A stretch of DNA of 64,000 nucleotides from Bryobacterales bacterium (lineage in GTDB: Bacteria > Acidobacteriota > Terriglobia > Bryobacterales > UBA6623), in the NCBI GenBank assembly GCA_965248205.1, contig CBDFIS010000006.1, forward strand, positions 6,476,276-6,540,275. Direction: 5' to 3'. Positions within the stretch are counted from its first letter, which is position 1; every line of letters starts with the position of its first letter. Position numbers and translations under genes: made by a program. This document shows positions 1 through 10,438 of the stretch, in pieces. The notes under the pieces were generated by a model. The model saw only the letters and a list, made by a program, of their open reading frames with translations, did no database searches and had not been told where the DNA came from.

Positions 1-1257
1 TGGTGGCGCGACCTTGAAGTCGAAGCGTCCGGCGGGAGCCGAAGGTGGGTTCAGCTCAAAACTCGACGCTTCTGATGCCTGTTGGACGAGCGTGGTGGAC
101 TCCGAGTAGGGAAGCGAAGCCGCAGGCTGTGGGCCGGACGGGGTAATTTCCGGGGGGACGGGGATGGCAAAGGTCGATACGGGCTTCGATTCCATCAACC
201 GTTCGCGAATCGAGTCGCGAACGAAATCGTGAACGACTGATTGATGCCGGAAGCGGACCTCGGTCTTGGAGGGGTGGACGTTGACGTCCACTTCTTCGCA
301 AGCCATGTCGAGAAACAGCAATGCGAACGGGAAGCTGCCGGGCGGAATGATGTTGTGGTAGGCGCTCGAGATGGCATGCAGCAGCAGACGGTCTCGGATC
401 AACCGTCGGTTGACGAAGGTATAGATGGAGTTTCGGTTTAGCTTCTGGACCTGGGGGCTGGATACGAACCCAGTGACCTGAAATGTCTGGTGTTTGAGCT
501 GGGATTCAGCCGCCCGGGCAGCGGCAACGGCCTGGGTGCGCGGAACTGGGCTGGGCGGCACCTCTAACTCGCGCGTGGCGGGTGACAGCTCCACGAGTTG
601 ATCCAGAGTCTCGGCGCCGAACACTTGAAAGACGCGCTCCCGCAGGCTCTTCACCGGAGTGACGTTGAACAACGATCCCTTCTCGTGGGAGAGCTGAAAG
701 GACTTATCCAGGTGCGCGAGACTGTAGTGCGTAAGCAGCGAAGCGATATGAGCCAACTCGGTTTTCTCGGTGCGTAGGAATTTCCGGCGGGCCGGTACGT
801 TGTAAAAGAGGTCCCGCACTGTGATCGTGGTTCCCCGGGGGAGAGCGGTTTCGGCGACATCGAGCATCTTGCCGCCGGCCACTTCTACACGTGTGCCGGT
901 CCGCTCCTCTTCGCTGCGTGTTTCTAGCGTCAAGCGGGAAACGCTCGCGATCGAGGGTATCGCTTCGCCACGAAACCCCAGCGTCGAGATGGACAACAGG
1001 TCTTTGACCTCCCTTAGCTTGCTGGTTGCGTGCCGCTCAAACGCCAGCATGGCGTCGTCGCGACCCATACCGGAGCCGTCGTCTCTGACCTGAATCAGCC
1101 GCTTGCCTCCCCGTTCGACTTCGACACGTAGCCTCTTCGAGCCTGCGTCGAGCGAGTTTTCGAGGAGTTCTTTGGCGACCGAGGCAGGGCGCTCGACGAC
1201 CTCACCGGCGGCGATCTTGTTCGCCACCACGTCGGGAAGAATACGGATTCGGCCCAT
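1..1257 (-). CDS. mutL: DNA mismatch repair protein MutL (5' part; runs off the left edge)
   Basis: Manual minus-strand translation from ATG at 1257: MGRIRILPDVVANKIAAGEVVERPASVAKELLENSLDAG, the MutL GHKL ATPase N-terminus; LGFRGEA motif follows. Absent from the ORF track, presumably because no stop lies in the window. Confidence 0.95.
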   Translation of the reverse strand, partial: MGRIRILPDVVANKIAAGEVVERPASVAKELLENSLDAGSKRLRVEVERGGKRLIQVRDDGSGMGRDDAMLAFERHATSKLREVKDLLSISTLGFRGEAIPSIASVSRLTLETRSEEERTGTRVEVAGGKMLDVAETALPRGTTITVRDLFYNVPARRKFLRTEKTELAHIASLLTHYSLAHLDKSFQLSHEKGSLFNVTPVKSLRERVFQVFGAETLDQLVELSPATRELEVPPSPVPRTQAVAAARAAESQLKHQTFQVTGFVSSPQVQKLNRNSIYTFVNRRLIRDRLLLHAISSAYHNIIPPGSFPFALLFLDMACEEVDVNVHPSKTEVRFRHQSVVHDFVRDSIRERLMESKPVSTFAIPVPPEITPSGPQPAASLPYSESTTLVQQASEASSFELNPPSAPAGRFDFKVAPP

Positions 1258-3501
1258 GAGTGAAGCGGCTTGGTAGAACCAGCTTACGCGGGCGGTTGGT
1301 GCGGGGGCAACCTAAGGAGGAAGCAAGTCCCTGCGTGGGGCTTGCCTCGTGGCGACTTACGAAACGAGGATCTTACCCTGGTTGGGTGTGGCCCGTTCTC
1401 AGGAACTGCGCATGGGTTTACGAGGCTCGCCTATGGTCCGGTTGGAGCCTGGGCGATACCCTCATCCTCGCCGTCGTCCACATCGTTCCAAAAGGGCGGT
1501 AGGAAATCTAGATCCATCCAGGGATGCCTGACCGGCGCGTCAGGGGGGTCGGGAGCGTCGGAGTTTAGAAACGATCGGTCGGCCGTATTACGTAGCTCCG
1601 TCCGAATGGCTTCAACCTCTGCTAGGTCGCCGGTACCACCGCCGATACCGAGCTGTTTCATGCGAGCCACGATTCCAGTCACCAGCGGCGCCGCGAAACT
1701 CGTTCCTCGCGCCTCGAACGCTCCCGACGGAGTAGGAATCTTCCGCGTTGCGCCGACAGGATCGGTGGGATCAGCGCCCTGCGCGCCACCGAGCGTAGTG
1801 GACAAGACTCCATAGGAAAACAGGCTGCAACCGGCGGAAAGTAGGACGGTATCGTTCCATCCCTCACCGGGTGCTGAAACGGTCATACCGGTGCCGATGT
1901 TTGTGAAGCCCGACGCGCTGTCGGCCGGAACCGCGTAGTAGCCGTTTGGATTGAAAATGTCAGGTGGGCACTGATTGATCCCGTCCGCCGCCGTTGTGGA
2001 GCCAACGGCAAAGACCGCCGCACAACCCGCCGGTGTGACCGTATCTATGTTCTGGCTGTAGCCGTTGCCTGCTGAGACGACAACCACGATACCCGCGTTG
2101 CGAGCTGCTGTCGCCGCCAGACACAACGGGGTGTCCTCCATCAACTCGCCAAGGAGGTCTCGGCCAGAGCTGATGTTGATGACTTCGACCGATGGGTTGA
2201 ACAGGCCAGGGTTGTTGAGGATATGGTTGATCGCGGCTACAAAGAGGGACTCATCGCCTGTACCGTCGCTGGCCAAGGTCTTGTAAGAATAGACTGTCGC
2301 CCCGGACGCAACGCCAACAGTGTCGTAGTTGTTGTTTGGGGCGTTGACCAGGCCGATGACGGCGGTGCCGTGCCCTCTGTCGTCCTGACCGGTGATCGTG
2401 TGGTAGTCCTCCATGGGGGTGCATGCCTGGTCGCGATGGTTGAGGTCACACCCGGAGTCCAGCACGGCCACGCCCACACCCGTGCCGTCGGATAGAGCGT
2501 CTGGCGGTCCGACCCTTTTGACGACAAATGAGATCAACTGCCGCGTGCCTCCGTAGGTGATTGCAGGGGGCGGATCGTCCAGCGTTGTGGCGTTGTCGGT
2601 GTTGGACGGACCCGACGGGCCGGCGACGTTCGACGCCAGCACGCGATAGGTGTAGTTGGTTAGCGCCGTCAAACCGGTATCACTATAGTTCGTGATATCA
2701 GCTCCCACCGAATCGATCTGCGCGAAAGTCGGACAGGGCGAGAGTTCGCCGCACCGCTCGATCAGGAATTCGTCCTCGTCACCCGAGTTGTCAACCCAGG
2801 TAAGATCGATCTGGCTCGAGGAAACGGCCGAGGCGGATAGATTCGAAGGCGCGGCCGGTGGTGTCGGAGGCGGAGATTGTGTCGTGGCCTCATCCTCGTT
2901 GGAGTAACCTGAAGGACCAGCTCCGTTCAGGGCATAGAGCCGATAGCGGTACATCGTATTGGGAGAAAGCCCTGCGGAGTCGCTGTGAACAAACGTGTTC
3001 GCCGGGACAGAAGTTAGAAACGAAAACGTGCACCCACCGTTCACCTCGCAGCGTTCAATTTCGAAACTGTCTTCGTCGGGCGGCGAGACGTGCGACCAGG
3101 TCAAGTCGATCTGGTCGTGGGAAAAGTCGGTTGCCACTAGTCCACTGGGGTCGTTGGGCGCTGAACCGGCGGGGAGGGTGGTGGCGTCATGTTCAATAGA
3201 GGGGGCGGAATCTCTCTCGCTAGGCTTACCACTAAGCGTAAAAGCGATGACCCTATAGGCGAATGTCGTGTCGGCTGGGAGGCCGGCGTCGCTGTGGAAG
3301 AGAACGTTCGCACCCACAGTTGCTAGGGTGCCAAAATCGCCATCGTTACAATTGACCGCGGTGTCCGTACAACGCTCGATACGGAAGCCGTCTTCGGGAT
3401 TTCCAGCGCCTTCGATCCAGGCGAGGTTAATCTGGCTTGAGGAAAAGGCGGTAGCTGTTAAGAGCACCGGTGCGGGCGGCGTCTTGGGCGCTGCTTCATA
3501 T

Positions 3502-4830
3502 CAGTGCTGTCCGGGGAAAGTCGCGCCATCGGACGGTAAGTCTCGACCGTTCAATGTCTTATGGCCTGTTTTGCCCGGGAACGATTTGAAATCCCGAGGC
3601 CGCAAATGGTCGCCTGAACGGAGCATCCGGACGCGGCACAATGAGGGATGAACCTTGGCCGTACGGTTTTCTCCCAACTGATCGAGCACCTACCGAGCAA
3701 AGAGTTTCAGAAATGTGTATCGCGCTACCGCGGCGATTCCTATCTGAAAAGTTTCTCCTGCTGGGATCAGTTTCTTGCGATGGCATTCGCCCAGCTGACC
3801 TATCGGGCAAGCCTCCGCGACATCGAGACGTGCCTGCGTTCGATGCACGGCAAACTCTACCACATGGGATTCCGCGGCAGGGTAGCGCGCTCGACACTGG
3901 CCGACGCGAACGAGTCGCGCGACTGGCGGATCTACGCGGACTTCGCGCAGGTCTTGATTGGCATGGCACGGCCGTTATATGCCCACGACCCGATCGGTGT
4001 GGACTTGGACCAGACTCTGTACGCTCTCGACTCGACAACAATCGACCTCTGCCTGTCGCTGTTTCCGTGGGCGAGATTCCGCAAGCAAAAAGCCGCCGTG
4101 AAGATGCACACGCTGCTGGATCTGCACGGCAATATTCCCACGTTCATCCGCATTACTGGAGGCAAAGTGCACGACATCAACATCCTCGACGAGATCGGCC
4201 CGGAGGCCGGCGCGTTCTACGTCATGGATCGGGCCTACGTCGATTTCGAACGCCTCTTCGTGTTCACTCTCTGCTCGTCGTTCTTCGTCGTGCGAACCAA
4301 GAAGAACATCTTGCTCCAACGGCGCTACTCGCATCCCGTCGACAAATCCACGGGCTTGCGCTCGGATCAGACCGTCATACTGGCTGCCATCGAATCGGCC
4401 CAAGCCTATCCCGACCCGTTGCGGAGGGTCAGTTACTTCGACGCCCGGACGAACAAGCGGCTGAAGTTTCTGACCAACAACTTCGCGCTCCCGGCGCTGA
4501 CCATCGCCCACATCTACAAGTCGCGTTGGCAGATTGAGTTGTTCTTCAAGTGGATCAAGCAACATCTGCGAATCAACTCGTTTTACGGCACCAGCGAGAA
4601 CGCCGTCAAGACGCAGATCTGGATCGCTGTCTCGATTTACGTGCTCATCGCCATCGTCCGGAAACGCCTCGGGCTGGAAGCGAGTCTTTACCAGATTCTA
4701 CAGATTCTCAGCGTTACGCAATTCGAAAAAATGCCCCTTTTACAGGCACTCCAGCCATCCGACTCCCCAAACGAATCCCCCTATGACCCCAACCAATTGA
4801 TTCTATTCGACTTTTAACCGGACAGCAGTG
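3502..4830 (+). mobile_element. IS4-family element, copy 1 (1329 bp)
   Basis: Terminal IRs CAGTGCTGTCCGG / CCGGACAGCAGTG; 9-bp TSD GCTTCATAT at 3493-3501 and 4831-4839. Confidence 0.95.
3648..4817 (+). CDS. IS4-family DDE transposase (DUF4372-like N-terminus)
   Basis: 389 aa; ALDSTTIDL, MDRAY, YKSRWQIELFFKWIKQ (Y-2-R-3-E motif); identical protein in four copies. Confidence 0.95.
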   Translation: MNLGRTVFSQLIEHLPSKEFQKCVSRYRGDSYLKSFSCWDQFLAMAFAQLTYRASLRDIETCLRSMHGKLYHMGFRGRVARSTLADANESRDWRIYADFAQVLIGMARPLYAHDPIGVDLDQTLYALDSTTIDLCLSLFPWARFRKQKAAVKMHTLLDLHGNIPTFIRITGGKVHDINILDEIGPEAGAFYVMDRAYVDFERLFVFTLCSSFFVVRTKKNILLQRRYSHPVDKSTGLRSDQTVILAAIESAQAYPDPLRRVSYFDARTNKRLKFLTNNFALPALTIAHIYKSRWQIELFFKWIKQHLRINSFYGTSENAVKTQIWIAVSIYVLIAIVRKRLGLEASLYQILQILSVTQFEKMPLLQALQPSDSPNESPYDPNQLILFDF

Positions 4831-5546
4831 GCTTCATATAAGGGATGGTCGGGAACCACTCGCCGCACGGATTGGTTGTTCATCAGTCCTTTCAGCACGT
4901 TCTGGTTCGGCACGGTAACGGCCAGGGCATCGATGACACCGAGGTCATGCCGTATCGCCGCCCCAGCCTGTTGCACGACTTGCGCCCGTGCGGACCGTGG
5001 TGTTTCCGGTGTGAACTGAACGATATACTTCGAGCCGTGGGCGCTACCGCTAGCCCCCGGACTCCCCGTGTCAGGTGCACCCTCGCCGGCAGGCACGATC
5101 ACCTGCGCGACACCCATTGTTGGCGCAACGAGCAACGCAGCGGCCAAACATACGACGGCGAAGCAGCTGGTGCTCCTATGGCTTAACACGACCCGATCAG
5201 CGGTGCTAAGCATTCTGGTAGCTGACACAGTCCCCTCCTACATCGGCCCCGGTATACGCTGGGACCGCTAGTCTAGGCAAAGATAGGAAACTAGGAATAA
5301 TGATAATGTTGCTCCAATTTCGGATGTAAGTCAACCCTCCTTTGGTACCTTCTGGTAATAGGAAGAAAGTCCCAACTCGACATAGGGCCTAGGGTGTAAC
5401 CTCAAGCAACACAGTTATTTGCACCCTGGCCTTGTGGGTAGCGGTAGTCGCGCGCGGCGGCTAGCAGTCAGAGAGCGGGCGAGTTTTTGACCCGAACCAG
5501 AGGGTGCACAGAGGTATCGGGCTATGAATCGATGAATCCGATGCGC

Positions 5547-6701
5547 TTAAGGCGAGCAGCAAGATGCGATCCCTCCTGCGATCGCCGTAGCTTGAGAATC
5601 AGTCCGTGATGCAAAGTAACCGCGGTCGGCCAGTTGACGGTAGACGTCACCGGCGATCTCAGCCGCCCGGGGGCCATACATCATCGGACCACCCCGCAAC
5701 ATGACCACGACCGCCAGTTTCTTTTCCGGCCCTTCGTTATAGGAGGCGAACCAGCCCAGGTGGGCACGGTAGGGGCGGCGACGCTGAGTGCAGGTCCCCG
5801 TTTTGCCGCGAATGACGTGCCTGGTTGAGCGAGCCTTTTTTCCTGTACCGCGCTTGACGGCTTCTTGGAGTCCGGCCTCGATTTCAGCCAGCCACGGCCG
5901 GATCGGGAGTTGGCGCTTAACCTTGGGAGAAAAACTGGCGATCTGCTCCGCGGTACGGGGAGCCTGCAGGTAGTAGAGGGTCCCGCCATTGGCCAAGGCA
6001 GCCGTCAGAGCGGCCAACTGCAAGGGTGTTACTGAGATCCCGTCCCCGAAGGTGCTCATTCGCCCGATACTCCAGCGGCTCTCGGCGTCAGGAAATCTCC
6101 CCAACTGCTCGCCGGCGATTCGCCAGCCGGCCTTTTCACCCAGCCCGAAAAGGTTCGCGTAGCGTTTCAGCCGTCCGAAGCCGAGTTTCTCTCCTAGGTA
6201 TTCGAAGTACACATTATTGGAGATGGCGAGGCCCTCAACCATCGTCATGAACCAATAGCCCTCGAACCAAACCCTCATTCCCGGCTTGACGATGCCTTCG
6301 TTTAGGGCGGCCAGCCCTACGATGATCTTGATCGTTGAGCACGGAATGTAGCCGCTGGCAAGGGCGAGCTTCTGGTTAACCATGGCCAGGATACGGCCGT
6401 TGCTCGTATCGGCTACTACTACAGTCCCGTTGAACTCACCGAGAGCCTCGGCGGCGGCTTCCCGGACGACCGCGTCCTCACCCCTCGAAAAATCGCCCGC
6501 GGTCGGATCAGTATAGGTTCGCTCGTTGTACCAATATGTTCTCCGCCGGGACCGGCGCGGCTTCTTGGCGGATTTGGGTGCCGAGCCAGACAGCGTCGAT
6601 TGGCTCGCAGCGGATGGCTGTTGCTTCTCAGCCGCTTTGGCCGAGGGTGAGAGGATCCATGAAAGAACCGCGATGATTGCGAATACCCTGAGTGGTTTCA
6701 C
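5547..6701 (-). CDS. Penicillin-binding protein, transpeptidase domain only (secreted)
   Basis: Signal-like N-terminus; SxxK (CSTIK), SxN (SNN) and KTG (GKTG) motifs. Confidence 0.8.
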   Translation of the reverse strand: MKPLRVFAIIAVLSWILSPSAKAAEKQQPSAASQSTLSGSAPKSAKKPRRSRRRTYWYNERTYTDPTAGDFSRGEDAVVREAAAEALGEFNGTVVVADTSNGRILAMVNQKLALASGYIPCSTIKIIVGLAALNEGIVKPGMRVWFEGYWFMTMVEGLAISNNVYFEYLGEKLGFGRLKRYANLFGLGEKAGWRIAGEQLGRFPDAESRWSIGRMSTFGDGISVTPLQLAALTAALANGGTLYYLQAPRTAEQIASFSPKVKRQLPIRPWLAEIEAGLQEAVKRGTGKKARSTRHVIRGKTGTCTQRRRPYRAHLGWFASYNEGPEKKLAVVVMLRGGPMMYGPRAAEIAGDVYRQLADRGYFASRTDSQATAIAGGIASCCSP

Positions 6702-7026
6702 GATTCTGGAGTAGAGAAGAAAGAATTAACTCGGGCTCTTGGTTGCTTCAGTGGCCAGCCAGGGCTGAACCAGAGAAATATTGTATCGGGTTCGCGCTCT
6801 AGCACCCAACGTCATGGCGGCCGGACGTCTGTTTGCGCGGCCGCCCTGAGCGGGCCCGTCTCGAGTGTTCCGCAAACGACGGCGGGATCTTGGCGCGGGG
6901 TGCCCAACCAGATACCGTTTTTGATGGGAACAAATCGCCTGCTCGTGGTGTCTATAACTACGGGACGAGGTGCGGGCGATTTGTCGGGTAGTGGCTTGAC
7001 TGCTACCCTAAGGGAAGCTGGCCGCA

Positions 7027-7668
7027 GTGGAAGGCGTTCCGGTGGACAACTCTGCGCCAAGATCGAACGAGGCGGAGCTTATCCGTAGGCTCCAGTGCCG
7101 CTACCCGGGAGCGTTCGAGGAGTTGCTCGACTCCTACGAGCAGCCAGTTTATCGTTTTGTCTACCGGCTGCTCGATGATCCGTCCGACGCCCCCGACGTC
7201 ACCCAGGATGTGTTTGTAAAGATCTTTCTCAAAGTCGGCGATTTTCGAGGAGATAGCAGTCTCAAAACCTGGATCTACCGCATTGCCCTCCATGAAGCTT
7301 CGAATCGCCGCCGTTGGTTCTCGCGTCATCGGGGGAGGGAGTTGTCGCTGGATTTCAGCTCCGACGGACACGGCTTGAACGGCCACTGGTTTGTGGACCC
7401 CCAGGAGACCCCCTTCGATGCGCTCAGCCGGCAGGAGCAATTGGAGCTTGTCGAAAACGCACTGCGCATGATCGATAGCCGGCTTCGTTATGCGGTAGTT
7501 ATGCGCGACATCGAGGGCATGAGTTATCAGGAAATCGCCGATACGCTGAAAGTGTCGCTCGGTACCGTCAAGTCGCGCATCTTGAGGGGTCGGGAGACGT
7601 TGAAGAAGAGGCTACAGCGTGAGGTACGGGATACCGTCCCGGAATCCTGCGCCCTTCAGCCGGAGTGA
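7027..7668 (+). CDS. ECF RNA polymerase sigma factor
   Basis: Region 2 (DVTQDVFVKIF...FRGDSSLKTWIYRI) and region 4 (MSYQEIADTLKVSLGTVKSRILRGR). Confidence 0.92.
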   Translation: MEGVPVDNSAPRSNEAELIRRLQCRYPGAFEELLDSYEQPVYRFVYRLLDDPSDAPDVTQDVFVKIFLKVGDFRGDSSLKTWIYRIALHEASNRRRWFSRHRGRELSLDFSSDGHGLNGHWFVDPQETPFDALSRQEQLELVENALRMIDSRLRYAVVMRDIEGMSYQEIADTLKVSLGTVKSRILRGRETLKKRLQREVRDTVPESCALQPE

Positions 7669-7671
7669 ATC

Positions 7672-8349
7672 ATGAGTTGCCGTTTCGCGCACAGCCAGAT
7701 CGCAGCCTACGTTGAAGGCCAGCTCGACCCAGCCCGTCGCTGGCTGGTGCGGCGGCATCTGCTCGCCTGCACGGCCTGCTACGAGGACTACGAGCACTCG
7801 GAGGCAGTAGGTGATCTCGTCGAACGAGTAGGGCCGCGGGTCGTGCCTCCCAATCTTCGCGTACAGATACTGTCTGCCCTATCGCACCGATTGAACCCCG
7901 ATCACTGGCCGCGGTGGAAGACGAGTTTCCGCAACTTGATGCGGCCGGTCGCCGTTCCGGCTGCGGGCGGTTTGGTGTCGGCCGTGGTTCTTTTCGGGAT
8001 ACTCATGTCGGGGCTAGCGGGATCGGGCCCCGGGCTCACCTCCGATATACCGATCACCTACTTCGATACAACCTGGGTGACCGATCCCAGTTTGCGTTCA
8101 CCTTCGCCCTTCGGGATCGACGAGAACGTAGTAGTCGAAGCGTTCGTTGACGGCCGCGGCAGCGTTTATGATTTCCGCGTGATTCGCTTGGCCGTGACGC
8201 ACCCCGCGGACTACACCAAGTTGAAGTCAGAATTGGCAAATGTTCTTCTAACGGCGACCTTCGTCCCGGCAACCAACTGGGGACAGCCCGTCCCCGGCAG
8301 GATGCTCATTTCCTTCCAGGCCCCGACACAGGTAATCGTCAGGGGTTAG
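7672..8349 (+). CDS. Zinc-binding anti-sigma factor (ZAS) with TM helix and C-terminal TonB-C-like domain
   Basis: Starts 3 bp after the sigma stop; HxxxCxxC (HLLACTAC); hydrophobic segment; C-terminal VVVEAFVDGRGSV...FVPATNWGQPV resembles TonB_C. Confidence 0.8.
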   Translation: MSCRFAHSQIAAYVEGQLDPARRWLVRRHLLACTACYEDYEHSEAVGDLVERVGPRVVPPNLRVQILSALSHRLNPDHWPRWKTSFRNLMRPVAVPAAGGLVSAVVLFGILMSGLAGSGPGLTSDIPITYFDTTWVTDPSLRSPSPFGIDENVVVEAFVDGRGSVYDFRVIRLAVTHPADYTKLKSELANVLLTATFVPATNWGQPVPGRMLISFQAPTQVIVRG

Positions 8350-8769
8350 CCGGCTGGTGGTCTGATTCAAAAACAACGCCATAAACGACGAGTCCGGCAT
8401 GCCACGCATGAAGACATGCCAGCCAGCCTTGCCTTTCCGAGCCTTGTAGGAGCTTAACCCCTGGAACTGAAGCGAAACCTCCGGTCCCGAACGGCCCCCG
8501 GCGACCTTCGGCACCGAAGTGAACTGATTGGCTTTGATCGGCGGCACCTCCAGGCCAGCGACCTGCCCGGCCGAATCCTGAAGATGTGTCACTGTTTCCA
8601 CCCCAGAAGAACCGACACCAACCTCGACGGCTATACCCCGAACCGAAGGGAATGGGCGTGGAAGAAGAAGTCCGCACGCACCACTACTTCGCCCGACCAA
8701 AACTGGTGGCAACAGCCCACCGACCCTGAAACGAGAATTCTAAGTGACTTTCTAGATGATCGAATTAGT

Positions 8770-8857
8770 TGGTGCGGAGAGGGGGACTCGAACCCCCATG
8801 AGATTGCTCTCACTAGCACCTCAAGCTAGCGCGTCTACCAAATTCCGCCACCTCCGC
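8770..8857 (-). tRNA. tRNA-Leu(GAG)
   Basis: Minus strand GCGGAGGTGGCGGAATTTGGTAGACGCG-CTAGC-TTGAGGT-GCTAG...long variable arm...GGGGGTTCGAGTCCCC-TCTCCGCACCA; encoded CCA. Confidence 0.95.
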
Positions 8858-8919
8858 ACAGCCAGGTGAGTGCTACCTAAATAGGGCGCCCGGGCCTTCT
8901 GGTTCTTGTCTGCGGCGGA

Positions 8920-9321
8920 CTACTCCGTATCGCTGTCGGGATCGCCTTCTCCCGTCGCGGCGTCATCTCCGGGAGGAATGACCTCAACCTCCGTTTGGAC
9001 ACCCGGCGGCTGCCCACTGGGCTCAGTGCCAGCCGGGTCAACAGTCTCCTCGGTACCGGTCCGCTCGATCACCGACTCCCCTGTGCCGCGGGTACGCACC
9101 TTTTCTATCCCCAGCCAAATTGAGGTCAGCATGAAGATTACGGCCGCCGCTGTGGTGGCTTTCGAGAGTAGCGTGGCCGCTCCTCGAGGGCCGAAGGCCG
9201 TCTGCGATCCCATACCCCCGAAGGCTCCCGCAAGATCCGCCGCTTTCCCGCTCTGTAACAGCACAACGATGATCAGGAAGAAGCATACAAACACGTGAAC
9301 GATGGTTAGCAGAAGCTCCAT
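8920..9321 (-). CDS. secG: Preprotein translocase subunit SecG
   Basis: Two TM helices around VLLQSGKAADLAGAFGG; canonical position after tpiA. Confidence 0.93.
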   Translation of the reverse strand: MELLLTIVHVFVCFFLIIVVLLQSGKAADLAGAFGGMGSQTAFGPRGAATLLSKATTAAAVIFMLTSIWLGIEKVRTRGTGESVIERTGTEETVDPAGTEPSGQPPGVQTEVEVIPPGDDAATGEGDPDSDTE

Positions 9322-9354
9322 GTTTGCTGAGTTCCCTTCGCTGCCGGCAGCGGG

Positions 9355-10116
9355 CTAGGTGTAGTTGACTATGGCCGCCATCGATTCCGGCTGCAAGCTG
9401 GCTCCCCCGACCAAGGCGCCGTCAATCTCAGGTCTAGCCATCAACTCTTGTACGTTTGCCGGCTTGACGCTTCCTCCGTATAGGATACGCAAACGCTCGG
9501 AGGCATCTTCGCCGAACTGTTGCGCGGATCTCTCGCGAAGAAAACCGTGCGTGTCGCCGGCGATATCCGGTGTCGCAGTGCGACCGGTTCCAATGGCCCA
9601 CACCGGCTCGTACGCTAAGATTATACGAGAGAAGTCTCGTTCGGTCAACGAAGCCATGGCACCGTCGAACTGCCCCGCTAAGACGCTTTCTGTGCGTTCT
9701 CCTTCCCGGTCCTGCAGGCTTTCTCCGACACAAACGATCGGCGTCAAACCCGCGCCCAGTGCGGAGGAAACGCGCTTGTTGACGGTCTCGTCGATTTCAC
9801 CGAAATATTGACGGCGTTCGCTATGTCCTACGATGACGTGAGTGCAGCCGATGGCGGCGATCATGGGACCGGATACTTCAGCCGTGAACGCGCCCTCGTC
9901 TTCCCAGTAAAGGTTCTGGGCGCCGATTTTGATGTTGGTTCCCTGCGCGGCGTCGACAGCGGCCGACAAGGCCGGGAAAGGCGGAGCAATGACAATCTCA
10001 CAATGAGTGACATTTTCGACCAGAGCCTTGAATCCGCCGAAGAACTGGACCGTCTCGGCGGCCGTTTTGAACATCTTCCAGTTACCCGCAAGCACCGGTT
10101 GTCGCGGAGGTTCCAC
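9355..10116 (-). CDS. tpiA: Triosephosphate isomerase
   Basis: LAGNWKM, IVGHSERR, AYEPVWAIGTG, LYGGSVK, LVGGASL; GTG start at 10116 preferred over the ORF-track start 10203. Confidence 0.97.
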   Translation of the reverse strand: MEPPRQPVLAGNWKMFKTAAETVQFFGGFKALVENVTHCEIVIAPPFPALSAAVDAAQGTNIKIGAQNLYWEDEGAFTAEVSGPMIAAIGCTHVIVGHSERRQYFGEIDETVNKRVSSALGAGLTPIVCVGESLQDREGERTESVLAGQFDGAMASLTERDFSRIILAYEPVWAIGTGRTATPDIAGDTHGFLRERSAQQFGEDASERLRILYGGSVKPANVQELMARPEIDGALVGGASLQPESMAAIVNYT

Positions 10117-10255
10117 GTTGCCTGACCATGCCCCTTCTTGAGATAGAAATAGGTTTGATAGGTCCGGGAGCGGCCGCCCCCTTTGAGCCACGGGATTCGG
10201 CAACCGTGAACGCCAAACTGAGGTTGGTCACGGCCCCAGCGTGCTGACGCGAAGC

Positions 10256-10420
10256 TCAATCACCCTCAGCCCGGGTCTCGTGATCTTCCAGTAAAGACTT
10301 TAGGTCGCTTAATTGTTGCCGCAGTCTCTTCTCACGGATGGAAAGCGACCAAAGATAGAGAATGTGAAGTATCCACGCGGCGCTGAACGCGTACCAAAGC
10401 CACTCCAAGTTTTCTTCCAT
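10256..10420 (-). CDS. ccmD: CcmD-like heme exporter small membrane protein (54 aa; not in ORF track)
   Basis: Manual translation MEENLEWLWYAFSAAWILHILYLWSLSIREKRLRQQLSDLKSLLEDHETRAEGD; single TM with W-Y-A pattern and basic tail, 18 bp after the ccmC stop. Confidence 0.75.
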   Translation of the reverse strand: MEENLEWLWYAFSAAWILHILYLWSLSIREKRLRQQLSDLKSLLEDHETRAEGD

Positions 10421-10438
10421 ATCGCCGTTCTATTTGCC

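Larger units (their letters stand above)
1431..5228 (-). pseudogene. Secreted subtilisin-like S8 protease (signal peptide, I9-like propeptide, 3 FN3 repeats, S8 domain), interrupted by IS4 copy 1
   Basis: Removing the IS (3502-4830) and one 9-bp TSD joins ORF 4803-5228 to ORF 1431-3467 in frame (VVPDHPLYEA|APKTPPAPVLLTA), giving 819 aa. Catalytic motifs VAVLDSG, GHGT, GTSFAAP. GTG start at 5228 has an AGGAGG-like RBS. Confidence 0.9.

Noticed and set aside
3641-4537. 298-aa alternative-frame ORF and 196-aa antisense ORF inside each IS4 copy
   Set aside because: They overlap the transposase fully, have Arg/Pro-rich non-protein-like composition, and recur only because the IS is repeated.
8248-8712. 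154-aa minus-strand ORF downstream of tRNA-Leu
   Set aside because: Overlaps the anti-sigma 3' end by about 100 bp, has no recognisable motif or RBS, and cannot be supported.
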